Shown: positions 48,529-57,296, numbered from the stretch's first letter. The stretch: DNA of 64,000 bases from Alphaproteobacteria bacterium (GCA_038117045.1 JAYOFE010000005.1:53078-117077), one strand, 5' to 3'. The notes: generated from the letters alone by a model not told the origin. Translations and numbers: made by a program.

Positions 48529-49614
48529 CTACTTGATTGTGTAGACGTGGACCGGCTTGGCGCCGTTTTCCTGCGCCAGGTCGATCAGGCGCTTGAAGGT
48601 CGCCTTGCCCGGGAAGCCTTGGTCTTCGTATTCCTGAGCCTTCTGGTTGACCCAGGGCTCGATGGCGCGCGCCATCTCAAGCTGGGTGTCCGGGTCGATG
48701 TTGCGAACGGTCACGCCCTGCTTGCGCAGGTTGTCGAGAGCCGTCACGAACTTCGTCTCGGACTCGTCCTCGACCGCCTGCTGGTACACGACGACCTCTT
48801 CCATGATGATCTTCTTCACGTCATCCGGAATCTTGGCCCAGGTGTCCTTGTTGACCGTCAGCGGGTACGCGAGGACCGAACCCCAGCCCATGGTCGTGTA
48901 GTACTTCGCGACCTCGCCGAACTTGAAGCCGTAGTACGGGGCCGGGAAGATCACGACGCCATCGAACACGCCGGACTGCAGCGCGTTATAGACTTCGTTC
49001 AGGTTGGTCTGGACCTTCGCCGCGCCGGCATAGTCGAGCCAGGGCAGGTTCGGACCGGCCGCGCCGATCTTTACACCCTTGAGCTCTTCCATCTTCGTCC
49101 AAGGGAAGTCGGTGCCGAGACCGTAGTCGTCGAACGCACCGCCGCCCAGATAGGTCTGATTGTAGTTGTCCGAGAACACGGTGGAGAAGTAGTCGAACTC
49201 CTCATGCACCTTCCGGGTCGTCGGACCCATGATGTGCGGATCCCCCGAGATGAACGGGGTGAAGTAGTTCAGGTTGTGGACGAACAGCTTCGTCGGCTCG
49301 AAGCACGAGCACATCGCGCCGAAGTCAACCAGACCCTTCTGGGTCGATTCCAGAACCTCGAACAGGTTGGCGATGGTGCCGCCGTAACCCTCGATGAACC
49401 GGACCGTGTGCTGCGTCTCCGCGGCGACGCGCTTCGTTACGTTCGGGACGAACGTCTTCTGAAGCTGGTTCACGGTCGCCAGCGGTGCGGCCGGATGGCC
49501 GGCGGCAATGCGGAACGTGAAGCTGTCGGCATAGGCCGAGGTTGCTGTTGCGGCGGCGGCAACGGCCAGAACGCCCGCTGCTGCGAATCCCGCAAGGTGT
49601 TTACGTGCTTTCAC
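48529..49614 (-). CDS. dctP: TRAP transporter substrate-binding protein (DctP family)
   Basis: Signal peptide KARKHLAGFAAAGVLAVAAAATATSAYA after a GTG start at 49614 with GGGAGA RBS. The ORF-track start at 49698 is a likely over-extension. Confidence 0.8.
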   Translation of the reverse strand: MKARKHLAGFAAAGVLAVAAAATATSAYADSFTFRIAAGHPAAPLATVNQLQKTFVPNVTKRVAAETQHTVRFIEGYGGTIANLFEVLESTQKGLVDFGAMCSCFEPTKLFVHNLNYFTPFISGDPHIMGPTTRKVHEEFDYFSTVFSDNYNQTYLGGGAFDDYGLGTDFPWTKMEELKGVKIGAAGPNLPWLDYAGAAKVQTNLNEVYNALQSGVFDGVVIFPAPYYGFKFGEVAKYYTTMGWGSVLAYPLTVNKDTWAKIPDDVKKIIMEEVVVYQQAVEDESETKFVTALDNLRKQGVTVRNIDPDTQLEMARAIEPWVNQKAQEYEDQGFPGKATFKRLIDLAQENGAKPVHVYTIK

Positions 49615-50013
49615 AGATCGTCTCCCATTAATTTTGATTTCGTTGTTACGAAATGACACAGAGCCGAACCGGGCAGACAGCACGGTACGCCTGTACATGT
49701 CGGTATGGAGAAAAGCAGGAATCGGCGATAATTACCAGAGCCGATCAAGGTATTGTCAGGTTCGGTGGTCATTACTCGGACTCCGTACTTGGATCAACTG
49801 CCGATTGCACTCTGGAATTGGCTCTTTGATTCGTTGGTTCCAGTTCGGCAGTTGGCATCATCGGATGCCAATGTGGCGAGATCATCACGGTCGATTGATC
49901 GAATTTGGGCGCTAAAGTGTCAAAAATGCTCAAACTTCCGGAATCTCGCATTTACACCGGCGCGCAGTCTGCTAACTTGCCGTGAATGTATTCCGCGTGG
50001 GGGTGCGCGGAGC

Positions 50014-50038
50014 GGTGCCCGTTCTCAGGACGGGCACC
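50014..50038 (+). promoter_or_regulatory. Strong hairpin immediately upstream of the dctQ RBS (attenuator or protein-binding site candidate)
   Basis: GGTGCCCGT-tctcagg-ACGGGCACC, 9-bp perfect stem, followed by CGGGTTTATTGG and then GAGGAAATCG ATG. Confidence 0.3.
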
Positions 50039-50060
50039 CGGGTTTATTGGGAGGAAATCG

Positions 50061-50597
50061 ATGATCGATCGCGTTGTGTACACGGTAACGCGCGTGTGCA
50101 GCACCATTGCCGCTTTCTGGGCGATGGCACTTGCGTTTCTGATCCTCTACGACATCACGGGGCGCACATTCTTCAATGTACCGTTCGACGGAACGATCGA
50201 GATTGTGGCCAATTCGATGGTCTCGATCCTGTTCCTGCAGATGCCGTACACGATCTATCGCGGTGCCCATCTGCGCACGACCGTGATCTATCAGAATGTC
50301 GCGCCGATCGTCCGGCGGCTGATCGACATCCTGGCCTCCGGGCTGGGCGTGTGGTTCTTCATTTCGATCGCGCTAGGCGGTTACGAGGACATGGTCATCG
50401 GCTGGAACGTCGATGAGCGTGAAGGCGAGGGATCGATCCGTGTGCCGGTGTATCCGGTCCGCTCGGTGATCTTTGCGTTCGCGATTGTCTCGGCCGCGAC
50501 CTATCTCGTGTTGTTCTGCCACTTCCTGTTTGGCGGCAAGGCCATCACGGAAGAGGAAGAGGGCCGGCATGAGCCCATCGAAGGCTCACAGATCTAA
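50061..50597 (+). CDS. dctQ: TRAP transporter small permease (DctQ family)
   Basis: 178 aa, 4 TM segments. ATG at 50061 after GGGAGGAAA. Confidence 0.8.
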   Translation: MIDRVVYTVTRVCSTIAAFWAMALAFLILYDITGRTFFNVPFDGTIEIVANSMVSILFLQMPYTIYRGAHLRTTVIYQNVAPIVRRLIDILASGLGVWFFISIALGGYEDMVIGWNVDEREGEGSIRVPVYPVRSVIFAFAIVSAATYLVLFCHFLFGGKAITEEEEGRHEPIEGSQI

Positions 50598-50671
50598 CGA
50601 ACTGGCATAACCCGCACGGAGCGCCCCGAGCTGGCGATCCGGAAAACAGGGATAATAAGGGGGCGTAAATA

Positions 50672-52021
50672 ATGGATCCGACTACAGCAGTACTGCTGAT
50701 GCTGGTTGCGCTGATTATTGGCGTGATCGGCGGCATCCATATCGGACTATCGCTTGGCGTTACGGCGCTCGTCGGCACGTGGCTGATGTTCGGCTCGTAC
50801 GAGCTGGCGGCCGGCCAGGTCGGCAGTACATCGTTCTTCGCATTGCGCGACTTCGTTTTTGCGGTCATCCCGCTGTTCGTCCTTATGGGTGAATTCGTGA
50901 GCAGATCCGGTTCCGCCGGTGACCTCTACAGGGTGATGAACTTTGGCCTGAAGCGCATTCCGGGACGCCTGGCCGTGGCGACGGTCGCAGGCAACGCGGT
51001 TTTCGCAGCCGTGACAGGAACCAGCCTGGCGTCGGCAGCAGCGTTCTCGCGTCTCGCCTATCCGGAAATGATCGCGGCCGGTTACAGCCGTAAATATGCG
51101 TTGGGCTCGGTCGCGGGCAGCGCCTGCCTGGGCATGCTGATCCCGCCGAGCGTATTGCTCATCATCTGGGGCATCGTGACAGAAATCTCGATCGGGTTTC
51201 TGTTCCTTGCAGGGATTTTCCCCGGCATCTTGCTCGCGCTTGTTATGGCCTTCTATTGCTCCGGCGTAGCCATTCTCAAGCCGAAAACCGCTCCGGCGGT
51301 GGATTTGAGTAACGAGAAACTGACCAGTCAGGAAATCATCAGCGGCTGTGGCGTGATTTTCCTTATCTTTGCCGTGCTGGGCAGCATCTGGCTGGGACTT
51401 GCGACACCGTCCGAGGCGGCGGCACTCGGAGCGTTGTTCGGCCTTATTCTGGCTCTGATTAAGGGTGTTAGATGGGAAGGTGTCCGCGACGCGATCGTGG
51501 ATTCGGGCAAAGTTATCGCACCTATCCTGTTCCTGCTGTTGACAGCTCAGATGTATTCGCGGCTGCTGACGACAGGTGGTGTGGTCAACCTGATTACCGA
51601 AACCGTTGGCGGTGCGGGCATTGATCCTAATGTTGCCGTACTGCTCATGATCATCATCTGGCTGGTGCTTGGCACGCTGCTGGACTCAGGCTCGATCATC
51701 CTGCTGACCGTCCCGATCTTCTGGCCGATTGCAGAAGGCTTTGGGTATAACCCCTATGCATTTGCGATCATCGGAATCCTGGCCATCGAGGCAGGGTTGT
51801 TGACGCCGCCGGTCGGGCTTCTTGTTTATGCGGTTAAAGGCTCTGTACCTGACCGCACGGTTCAGCTCGGTGAGATTTTCGCAGGGTCGGTGCCGTACTG
51901 GTTGCTGATCCTTCTGGTCATGGCACTGGTCTGGGTGGTGCCGCAGTTGGCAACCATTCCGATTGACTGGAGTTCCGGGAATACAACATTCCATCGGATA
52001 GGTTTGTTCCCATCCCAATAG
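50672..52021 (+). CDS. dctM: TRAP transporter large permease (DctM family)
   Basis: 449 aa polytopic membrane protein. N-terminus MDPTTAVLLMLVALIIGVIGGIHIGLSLGV. Confidence 0.85.
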   Translation: MDPTTAVLLMLVALIIGVIGGIHIGLSLGVTALVGTWLMFGSYELAAGQVGSTSFFALRDFVFAVIPLFVLMGEFVSRSGSAGDLYRVMNFGLKRIPGRLAVATVAGNAVFAAVTGTSLASAAAFSRLAYPEMIAAGYSRKYALGSVAGSACLGMLIPPSVLLIIWGIVTEISIGFLFLAGIFPGILLALVMAFYCSGVAILKPKTAPAVDLSNEKLTSQEIISGCGVIFLIFAVLGSIWLGLATPSEAAALGALFGLILALIKGVRWEGVRDAIVDSGKVIAPILFLLLTAQMYSRLLTTGGVVNLITETVGGAGIDPNVAVLLMIIIWLVLGTLLDSGSIILLTVPIFWPIAEGFGYNPYAFAIIGILAIEAGLLTPPVGLLVYAVKGSVPDRTVQLGEIFAGSVPYWLLILLVMALVWVVPQLATIPIDWSSGNTTFHRIGLFPSQ

Positions 52022-52041
52022 GAACAAATCACCATATACAA

Positions 52042-52076
52042 GAAGCGGCGCAGGCAACTGCGCCGCTTTTTTTGAT
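52042..52076 (+). terminator. Rho-independent terminator after dctM
   Basis: AAGCGGCGCAG, loop GCAA, CTGCGCCGCTT, then TTTTTT. Confidence 0.7.
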
Positions 52077-52096
52077 TGTCCGGTTGTGGCGGAATC

Positions 52097-52125
52097 AAAA
52101 ACGGGCACCCAGAAGTGCCCGTTTT
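52097..52125. terminator. Second hairpin terminator (bidirectional; serves coxS on the minus strand)
   Basis: AAAACGGGCAC, loop CCAGAA, GTGCCCGTTTT. Confidence 0.55.
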
Positions 52126-52155
52126 CAATCGTAAATGCACATATGGAAGCAGCTA

Positions 52156-52632
52156 TCAGCCGCGGCGTTCCTCAGCGACGCGCTCGATGGCATCGACGAT
52201 TGCCTGGTAGCCCGTGCAACGGCAGTAGTTGCCGGAGATGAACTCACGGATTTCCTCGCGGGACGGGGAGGCGGACTTCGACAGGAGTTCCTGTGCCGTC
52301 AGCAGCATGCCGGGGGTACAGAAGCCGCACTGGACGGCGTTGCGTTCGTGGAACGCCTTCTGCAGGTCCGCAATCTCACCGGAATCCGAGAGACCTTCGA
52401 TTGTCTCGACGACTGCGCCGTCGGCCTGTGCTGCCAGCATCAGGCACCCGCGAACGATATTCCCGTCCACGCGGATCGTGCAGGCGCCGCACACGCCATG
52501 CTCGCAGCCGACATGGCTGCCTGTCAGTTCCATCTCGTAGCGCACGAAATCCACCAGGTTGGTGCGCGCAGGGACCCTGCGGGTGACCTGCTGGCCGTTG
52601 ATGGTCAGAGTGATGTCGACGTTCTTGTCCAT
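52156..52632 (-). CDS. coxS: (2Fe-2S)-binding small subunit of a molybdopterin hydroxylase (CoxS/XdhC-Fe-S family)
   Basis: CEHGVCGACT and CGFCTPG ... CRCTGY cysteine motifs. 158 aa. Confidence 0.9.
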   Translation of the reverse strand: MDKNVDITLTINGQQVTRRVPARTNLVDFVRYEMELTGSHVGCEHGVCGACTIRVDGNIVRGCLMLAAQADGAVVETIEGLSDSGEIADLQKAFHERNAVQCGFCTPGMLLTAQELLSKSASPSREEIREFISGNYCRCTGYQAIVDAIERVAEERRG

Positions 52633-52651
52633 CCTGTCCTCCGCGCCGCTC

Positions 52652-53506
52652 TCAGGCCGCGAGTTCGGCGAGCGCGCGCTTGGTCAGCACGCGGGCCAGA
52701 TGCATTTTCATTTCTGCCGGACCGTTCAGGTCGGCCATCGGGTCGAGGTCGGCGCCGAGCGCGTCCTGCGCCTTCTTCACGCTGTCCTCGTTGTGGGACT
52801 GTCCTTCCAGCGCGGACATGGCGCTCCGGGCGAGGATCGGCTGGTCGCCGGCACCCAGGAAGCCGATGCGAACATCAGAGAATGTGCCGCCTTCCACCCG
52901 GCCCTGAACGGCGATGCCGACGATGGCGTAATCGCCGTGACGCCGCGCCAGTTCCATGAAGGAGGTGCGCTCGCCGTCCTTGATGACGGGGATCTCAGCC
53001 GCAACGAGAAGCTCGCTTTCTTCACGTGCCGTCTCGAAAAGGCCCTTGAAGAAGTCGTCGGCCGCGACCTTGCGCTGGCCGCCGCGGCCCTGCAGGACGA
53101 AGGTCGCACCGAGAGCACGTGTCACGGCTGGCATTTCAGCAGCCGGATCCGCGAAGGCGATGGAGCCGCCGAAGGTGCCGCGGTTCCGGATGGCGTGGTG
53201 CGCCACATGCGGCATCGCCTTGGCGATCAGCGGTGCGTGCTTTGCAACCTCGGGAGAGTCGAGGACTTCCGAATGCCGTGTAAGTGCGCCGATCGTGAGG
53301 GTGTCGCCGTTCACCGAGATACCGGACAAGCCATCAAGGTGGTTGATGTCGATCAGGACCTCGGGCGCGGACAGGCGCATGTTGAGGGTCGCCATGAGGC
53401 TCTGGCCGCCGGCAAGAATACGTGCGTCGTCGCCGTGCTCATCGAGTAGGTCGAATACCTGCTCGAGGCTATCGGCGCGCACATAGGAAAAAGGTGCGGG
53501 TTTCAA
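52652..53506 (-). CDS. coxM: FAD-binding medium subunit of a molybdopterin hydroxylase (CoxM family)
   Basis: ILAGGQSLMATLNMR FAD-binding motif. 284 aa. The stop is 20 nt upstream of the coxS start. Confidence 0.85.
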   Translation of the reverse strand: MKPAPFSYVRADSLEQVFDLLDEHGDDARILAGGQSLMATLNMRLSAPEVLIDINHLDGLSGISVNGDTLTIGALTRHSEVLDSPEVAKHAPLIAKAMPHVAHHAIRNRGTFGGSIAFADPAAEMPAVTRALGATFVLQGRGGQRKVAADDFFKGLFETAREESELLVAAEIPVIKDGERTSFMELARRHGDYAIVGIAVQGRVEGGTFSDVRIGFLGAGDQPILARSAMSALEGQSHNEDSVKKAQDALGADLDPMADLNGPAEMKMHLARVLTKRALAELAA

Positions 53507-53720
53507 CCTGTCTCTCCCCTTCGAAACACCACTTGTGTCAGCCCGGACTTCTTGTCGTTCCGGAACATATGTTTCTACCCATTAGACAGGCCCAAGTCTA
53601 TGCGAAGCCGCGGAGCAAACCTATCCTCGCGGACCGGAATTCAAGCACCTGAAGGAGTGAGAAATGTCGAAGGCACAGGTCCATGTGAAGAAGGCCGTAT
53701 AAAAACTGGTCGGAGAATCG

Positions 53721-54128
53721 GTGTCGCATGCGCGCACCGACATCAGCGTCCGCGACGTCAAGGTAACCACGGACGAACCGCTCGAGCGCGGCGGCACAAA
53801 TGTCGCGGCGTCGCCGACCGAGACCATTATGGCCGCGCTGATTGGCTGCACCAACAATGTCGCCACGCGCATCGTCCATCACAAGGAACTCAACTTCGAG
53901 ATCCAGACGATCGAATGTGATGTCGAGTTCGACCGTCGTGGCGTCATTCTGGCCGAGGAAATTTCCGTGCCGTTCCCGAACATCACACTGACGATCAATG
54001 TGAAGACCGATGCGACGCCGGAGCAGCTTGCTGAAGTGCAGGACCTGCTGCCGATCTACTGCCCGGTTTCCAAGGTATTCCGCGAGGCGGGCAGCAACGT
54101 TGTCGAGAAATGGAACGTGGTCGGATAG
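53721..54128 (+). CDS. OsmC/Ohr family protein
   Basis: Conserved ...ALIGCTN... and ...LPIYCPVSKV... cysteine regions. A GTG start at 53721 has a GGAGA RBS. An in-frame ATG at 53664 with a perfect AAGGAG RBS is separated from the body by a TAA codon (see findings). Confidence 0.7.
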   Translation: MSHARTDISVRDVKVTTDEPLERGGTNVAASPTETIMAALIGCTNNVATRIVHHKELNFEIQTIECDVEFDRRGVILAEEISVPFPNITLTINVKTDATPEQLAEVQDLLPIYCPVSKVFREAGSNVVEKWNVVG

Positions 54129-54155
54129 ACTTCCCGCTTTCACGGGAGGCCGGTC

Positions 54156-54773
54156 ATGGCATTGACGATCTGGGGACGGCTCACGTCGTCCAACGTGCAG
54201 AAGCTGCTCTGGGGGTGTGCCGAAATGGGCGTGACCTTCGAACGTCCGGACATGGCCGGCAAGTTCGGTTTCACCGACGAATACCTCGCGATGAACCCGA
54301 ACCGCGTCGTGCCGACCATCGACGACGACGGGTTCATCCTGTGGGAATCCAACGCCTGCCTGCGTTATCTGGCGGAGAAGTACGGCCGTGGCACGCTGTG
54401 GCCCGAAGACCGGCATGTGCGCGCCGATGCGGACCGATGGATGGACTGGGCCACAACCACCTTCTGGAACGCGTTGAGGCCGGTGTTCCACCAGTTGATC
54501 CGGACCGCGCCGGAAAACCGGAACATGGATCTGGTCGCGCAAGGTGTGGAAGGGGCCGCGCAGGCGAGCACCATCCTGGAACGCTATCTCGAAGGCCGGG
54601 ACTTCGTCGCTGGCAATGAATTCACCATGGGTGACATTCCCATCGGCCAGGCGGTCTATCGCTGGTACGTGATGGATATCGAGCGGCCAGACCGTCCGAA
54701 CATCCGCGCATGGTACGAACGCCTCGGCGAGCGGCCCGGCTATGCCGAATACATCATGATCCCGCTGGAGTAG
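54156..54773 (+). CDS. Glutathione S-transferase family protein
   Basis: GST N- and C-terminal domain architecture. 205 aa. Confidence 0.8.
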   Translation: MALTIWGRLTSSNVQKLLWGCAEMGVTFERPDMAGKFGFTDEYLAMNPNRVVPTIDDDGFILWESNACLRYLAEKYGRGTLWPEDRHVRADADRWMDWATTTFWNALRPVFHQLIRTAPENRNMDLVAQGVEGAAQASTILERYLEGRDFVAGNEFTMGDIPIGQAVYRWYVMDIERPDRPNIRAWYERLGERPGYAEYIMIPLE

Positions 54774-55251
54774 CGGCGCGGCTCGTGATTTCCGCCTGCC
54801 GCTGGCGCACATGCGCCGGCCAGCGTGACTTGATATAAGCCAGCACCGCATGGATTTCGCGGTCTGACAGCACGCCCTCGTAAACAGGCATGTCCGTTGG
54901 CACATGCTGCCCCACCAGCTTGGACAAACCGTACTTTGTTAACGCGAAGAGGGTTGCGTCGTCGTGATGCCAGGTGTGTCCCGTCTCGTCATGGGGCGGA
55001 GCGGGCAGCTTGCCGTCAGGCTTGCGCTCGCGCCAGTTAGGCTGGCCCTCAAGATTGACACCGTGGCACGCCGCGCACTGTGCGGCATAGACCTCTGCGC
55101 CGAGAGCGATCATGTCCTTGTTGCCTGCTCCATCTGTCGACTCATCCGTCGAACCTGAGAGCAGAAGATACGCTGAAAGGCCGATGGCGGCGCACGCGCA
55201 TGCCATTGTCGCGATCCGCATATAGGGCGGTATTGAGCTCAAATTTTGCAT
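54754..55251 (-). CDS. Cytochrome c family protein (mono-haem, signal-anchored)
   Basis: CAACHG haem-binding motif. N-terminal hydrophobic segment IATMACACAAIGLSAYLLL. Confidence 0.7.
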   Translation of the reverse strand: MQNLSSIPPYMRIATMACACAAIGLSAYLLLSGSTDESTDGAGNKDMIALGAEVYAAQCAACHGVNLEGQPNWRERKPDGKLPAPPHDETGHTWHHDDATLFALTKYGLSKLVGQHVPTDMPVYEGVLSDREIHAVLAYIKSRWPAHVRQRQAEITSRAATPAGS

Positions 55252-55300
55252 GCTCCAGACTTAGAGCTTCCACCTGCTGGAAGGTCAAGCCCGACCCTAA

Positions 55301-56020
55301 TTACGGGGCCACCTGGTGGGCCGGGATGGGCATGCCGGATTGCTTCACGATCGCGATCGTGTCGCGCAGATGGGCGAGGTGCAGTTTCACCGCGCCATCG
55401 GCGTCGCGGTTGATGGCGGCGTCCATGATTGCCTTATGTTCGGTGCTTTCGTGCCGGTCGGGGTAGCTGATGGCCGCGGCGAGCTGTCGGTAGCGGCTGG
55501 CTTGGTCGGCCAGCAGGTCGCAATAGGCGAGCAGGCGAGGGGAGCCGCAATTGGCGAAGATCGCCATATGGAACGCTCGATGACGCTCCTCCCATTCGGC
55601 GTTAAAGGCATAGCCTTCACGTGTTGCCGAACGTGGCTCGCGGGACAGGTGGTGGAAGGCCACCACGATGTCGTCCTCCCATTTGTCATCCGAGTTTGCG
55701 ATGGACTGGCGCAGTGCGATTTCCTCGATCCAGCATCGGGTGCGGACAAGGTCCTCCAGGTCGTCCAGACCTATGCCGGCAACGTGAAAGCCTTTCTGGT
55801 CCTGGAAACAGACGAGCTTTTCGGCCACCAGGCGATTGAGAGCCTCGCGCACGGGGCTGATCCCGACCTTGTAGCGCTCGCGCAGCATATTGGAGCCGAG
55901 CTTATGGCCCGGGGCCAACGCACCGCCGATGATGTCGCGGCGCAACCGGTCATAGACCGATGTCGCGATTGTCGTTCCGCCGGTGCGGCTCGGGGCCACG
56001 GAAGTCGTTTTCGTCGCCAT
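55301..56020 (-). CDS. GntR family transcriptional regulator (FadR/FCD subfamily)
   Basis: N-terminal winged HTH VYDRLRRDIIGGALAPGHKLGSNMLRERYKVGISPVREALNRL, plus a C-terminal FCD-like domain. Confidence 0.8.
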   Translation of the reverse strand: MATKTTSVAPSRTGGTTIATSVYDRLRRDIIGGALAPGHKLGSNMLRERYKVGISPVREALNRLVAEKLVCFQDQKGFHVAGIGLDDLEDLVRTRCWIEEIALRQSIANSDDKWEDDIVVAFHHLSREPRSATREGYAFNAEWEERHRAFHMAIFANCGSPRLLAYCDLLADQASRYRQLAAAISYPDRHESTEHKAIMDAAINRDADGAVKLHLAHLRDTIAIVKQSGMPIPAHQVAP

Positions 56021-56057
56021 GAAAATGTGCCTGAATAGAACGTCGGCTCAATCATAC

Positions 56058-56094
56058 ATTCCAAATTTTGCGAACAGTTGAAAAAATTTGGAAT
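56058..56094. promoter_or_regulatory. Perfect 12-bp inverted repeat (candidate operator) in the GntR / TRAP divergent promoter
   Basis: ATTCCAAATTTT (56058-56069), 13 nt spacer, AAAATTTGGAAT (56083-56094). Confidence 0.4.
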
Positions 56095-56198
56095 ATCGTT
56101 GACTCGATGCCATGGGACCCGCTTCAATCCCATCCAAGAACAAGCGTCAGCAAGAATGCAGATCATCAAAGACCGGGTATTTCCCGAGGGAGAAAACG

Positions 56199-57296
56199 AT
56201 GAGCCAGAAGAAATCCTTTGCACGTAAACTTGCCGCCGTCGGGGCCGGTGCCGTCCTGGCGTCGGCCATGTTCGCGGCCCCGTCCTCAGCTGCCGAGAAA
56301 ATCAAGCTCGCGGCCATCGACGGTTATTCGCCGAAGTCGCTGTGGGTGAAGGAATTCATTGACTTCTATATTCCTGAGATCGATAAGCGGCTGGCCAAGA
56401 CCGGCAACTACGAGATCGAGTGGAACCAGGCCTGGGGCCAGATCGTGAAGGTTCGCGGTGTTCTCGGTGGCCTGCAGAAGGGCCTCGGTGACATCGGTGT
56501 TGTGACCACCGTGTTCCATGCAGACAAGGTGCCGCTGCAGCTGGTGGCCTATGCGACGCCCTTTGTCACCAACGATCCGAAGCTCGTTGCCCAGACCATT
56601 GATGATCTCGCGAACCAGCATGCCGAGTTCAAGCAGGCCTTTACCAAGTTCAATCAGGTCTACCTGACGAACATGGCGGTGCTTGATACCTACCAGATCT
56701 TTGCCAAGAAGCCGGTCGCACACCTGGTCGATATGAACGGGCTCAAGATCGGCAGTGCGGGCCTGAACCTGCGCTGGCTCGAAGGCTTCGGCGCCGCCGG
56801 CGTCGCGGGCAGCCTAGTTCACTACTACAACCAGCTCAGCACCGGCGTCCTCGACGCGATCATGCTGTGGCCGGAAGCCGTTGTGGGCGGCAAGATGTAC
56901 GAAGTTGCGCCCTACATGCTGAAGGCGGATCTCGGCACGGCGAATTCCAAGGCGATCACTGTAAATATGGACCGCTGGAAGGACCTGCCTGATGAGGTTC
57001 GTACGGTCCTGCAGGAAGCCGCGCTTGATTACCGCGATCACATGGCTGATGAAGCACTCAAGCTGGCCGATTCCAGCCAGAAGGCCTTTGTGGCCAATGG
57101 CGGCAACGTCGCCGTACTGAGCCAGGCCGAGCGCCAGGAATGGGCAAACAAGATGCCGAACGTGGCGTCCGATTGGGTTGCCGCGCGCCAGAAGGAAGGC
57201 CTGCCGGGTGCGACCATCATGAAGTCCTACATGGGCGTGATGCGCGCCAAGAATCAGCCGATCCTGCGTCACTGGGACCGCGAAATCGGTTCCTGA
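56199..57296 (+). CDS. dctP: TRAP transporter substrate-binding protein (DctP family)
   Basis: Signal peptide MSQKKSFARKLAAVGAGAVLASAMFAAPSSAA. GAGGGAGAAAA RBS. 365 aa. Confidence 0.8.
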   Translation: MSQKKSFARKLAAVGAGAVLASAMFAAPSSAAEKIKLAAIDGYSPKSLWVKEFIDFYIPEIDKRLAKTGNYEIEWNQAWGQIVKVRGVLGGLQKGLGDIGVVTTVFHADKVPLQLVAYATPFVTNDPKLVAQTIDDLANQHAEFKQAFTKFNQVYLTNMAVLDTYQIFAKKPVAHLVDMNGLKIGSAGLNLRWLEGFGAAGVAGSLVHYYNQLSTGVLDAIMLWPEAVVGGKMYEVAPYMLKADLGTANSKAITVNMDRWKDLPDEVRTVLQEAALDYRDHMADEALKLADSSQKAFVANGGNVAVLSQAERQEWANKMPNVASDWVAARQKEGLPGATIMKSYMGVMRAKNQPILRHWDREIGS

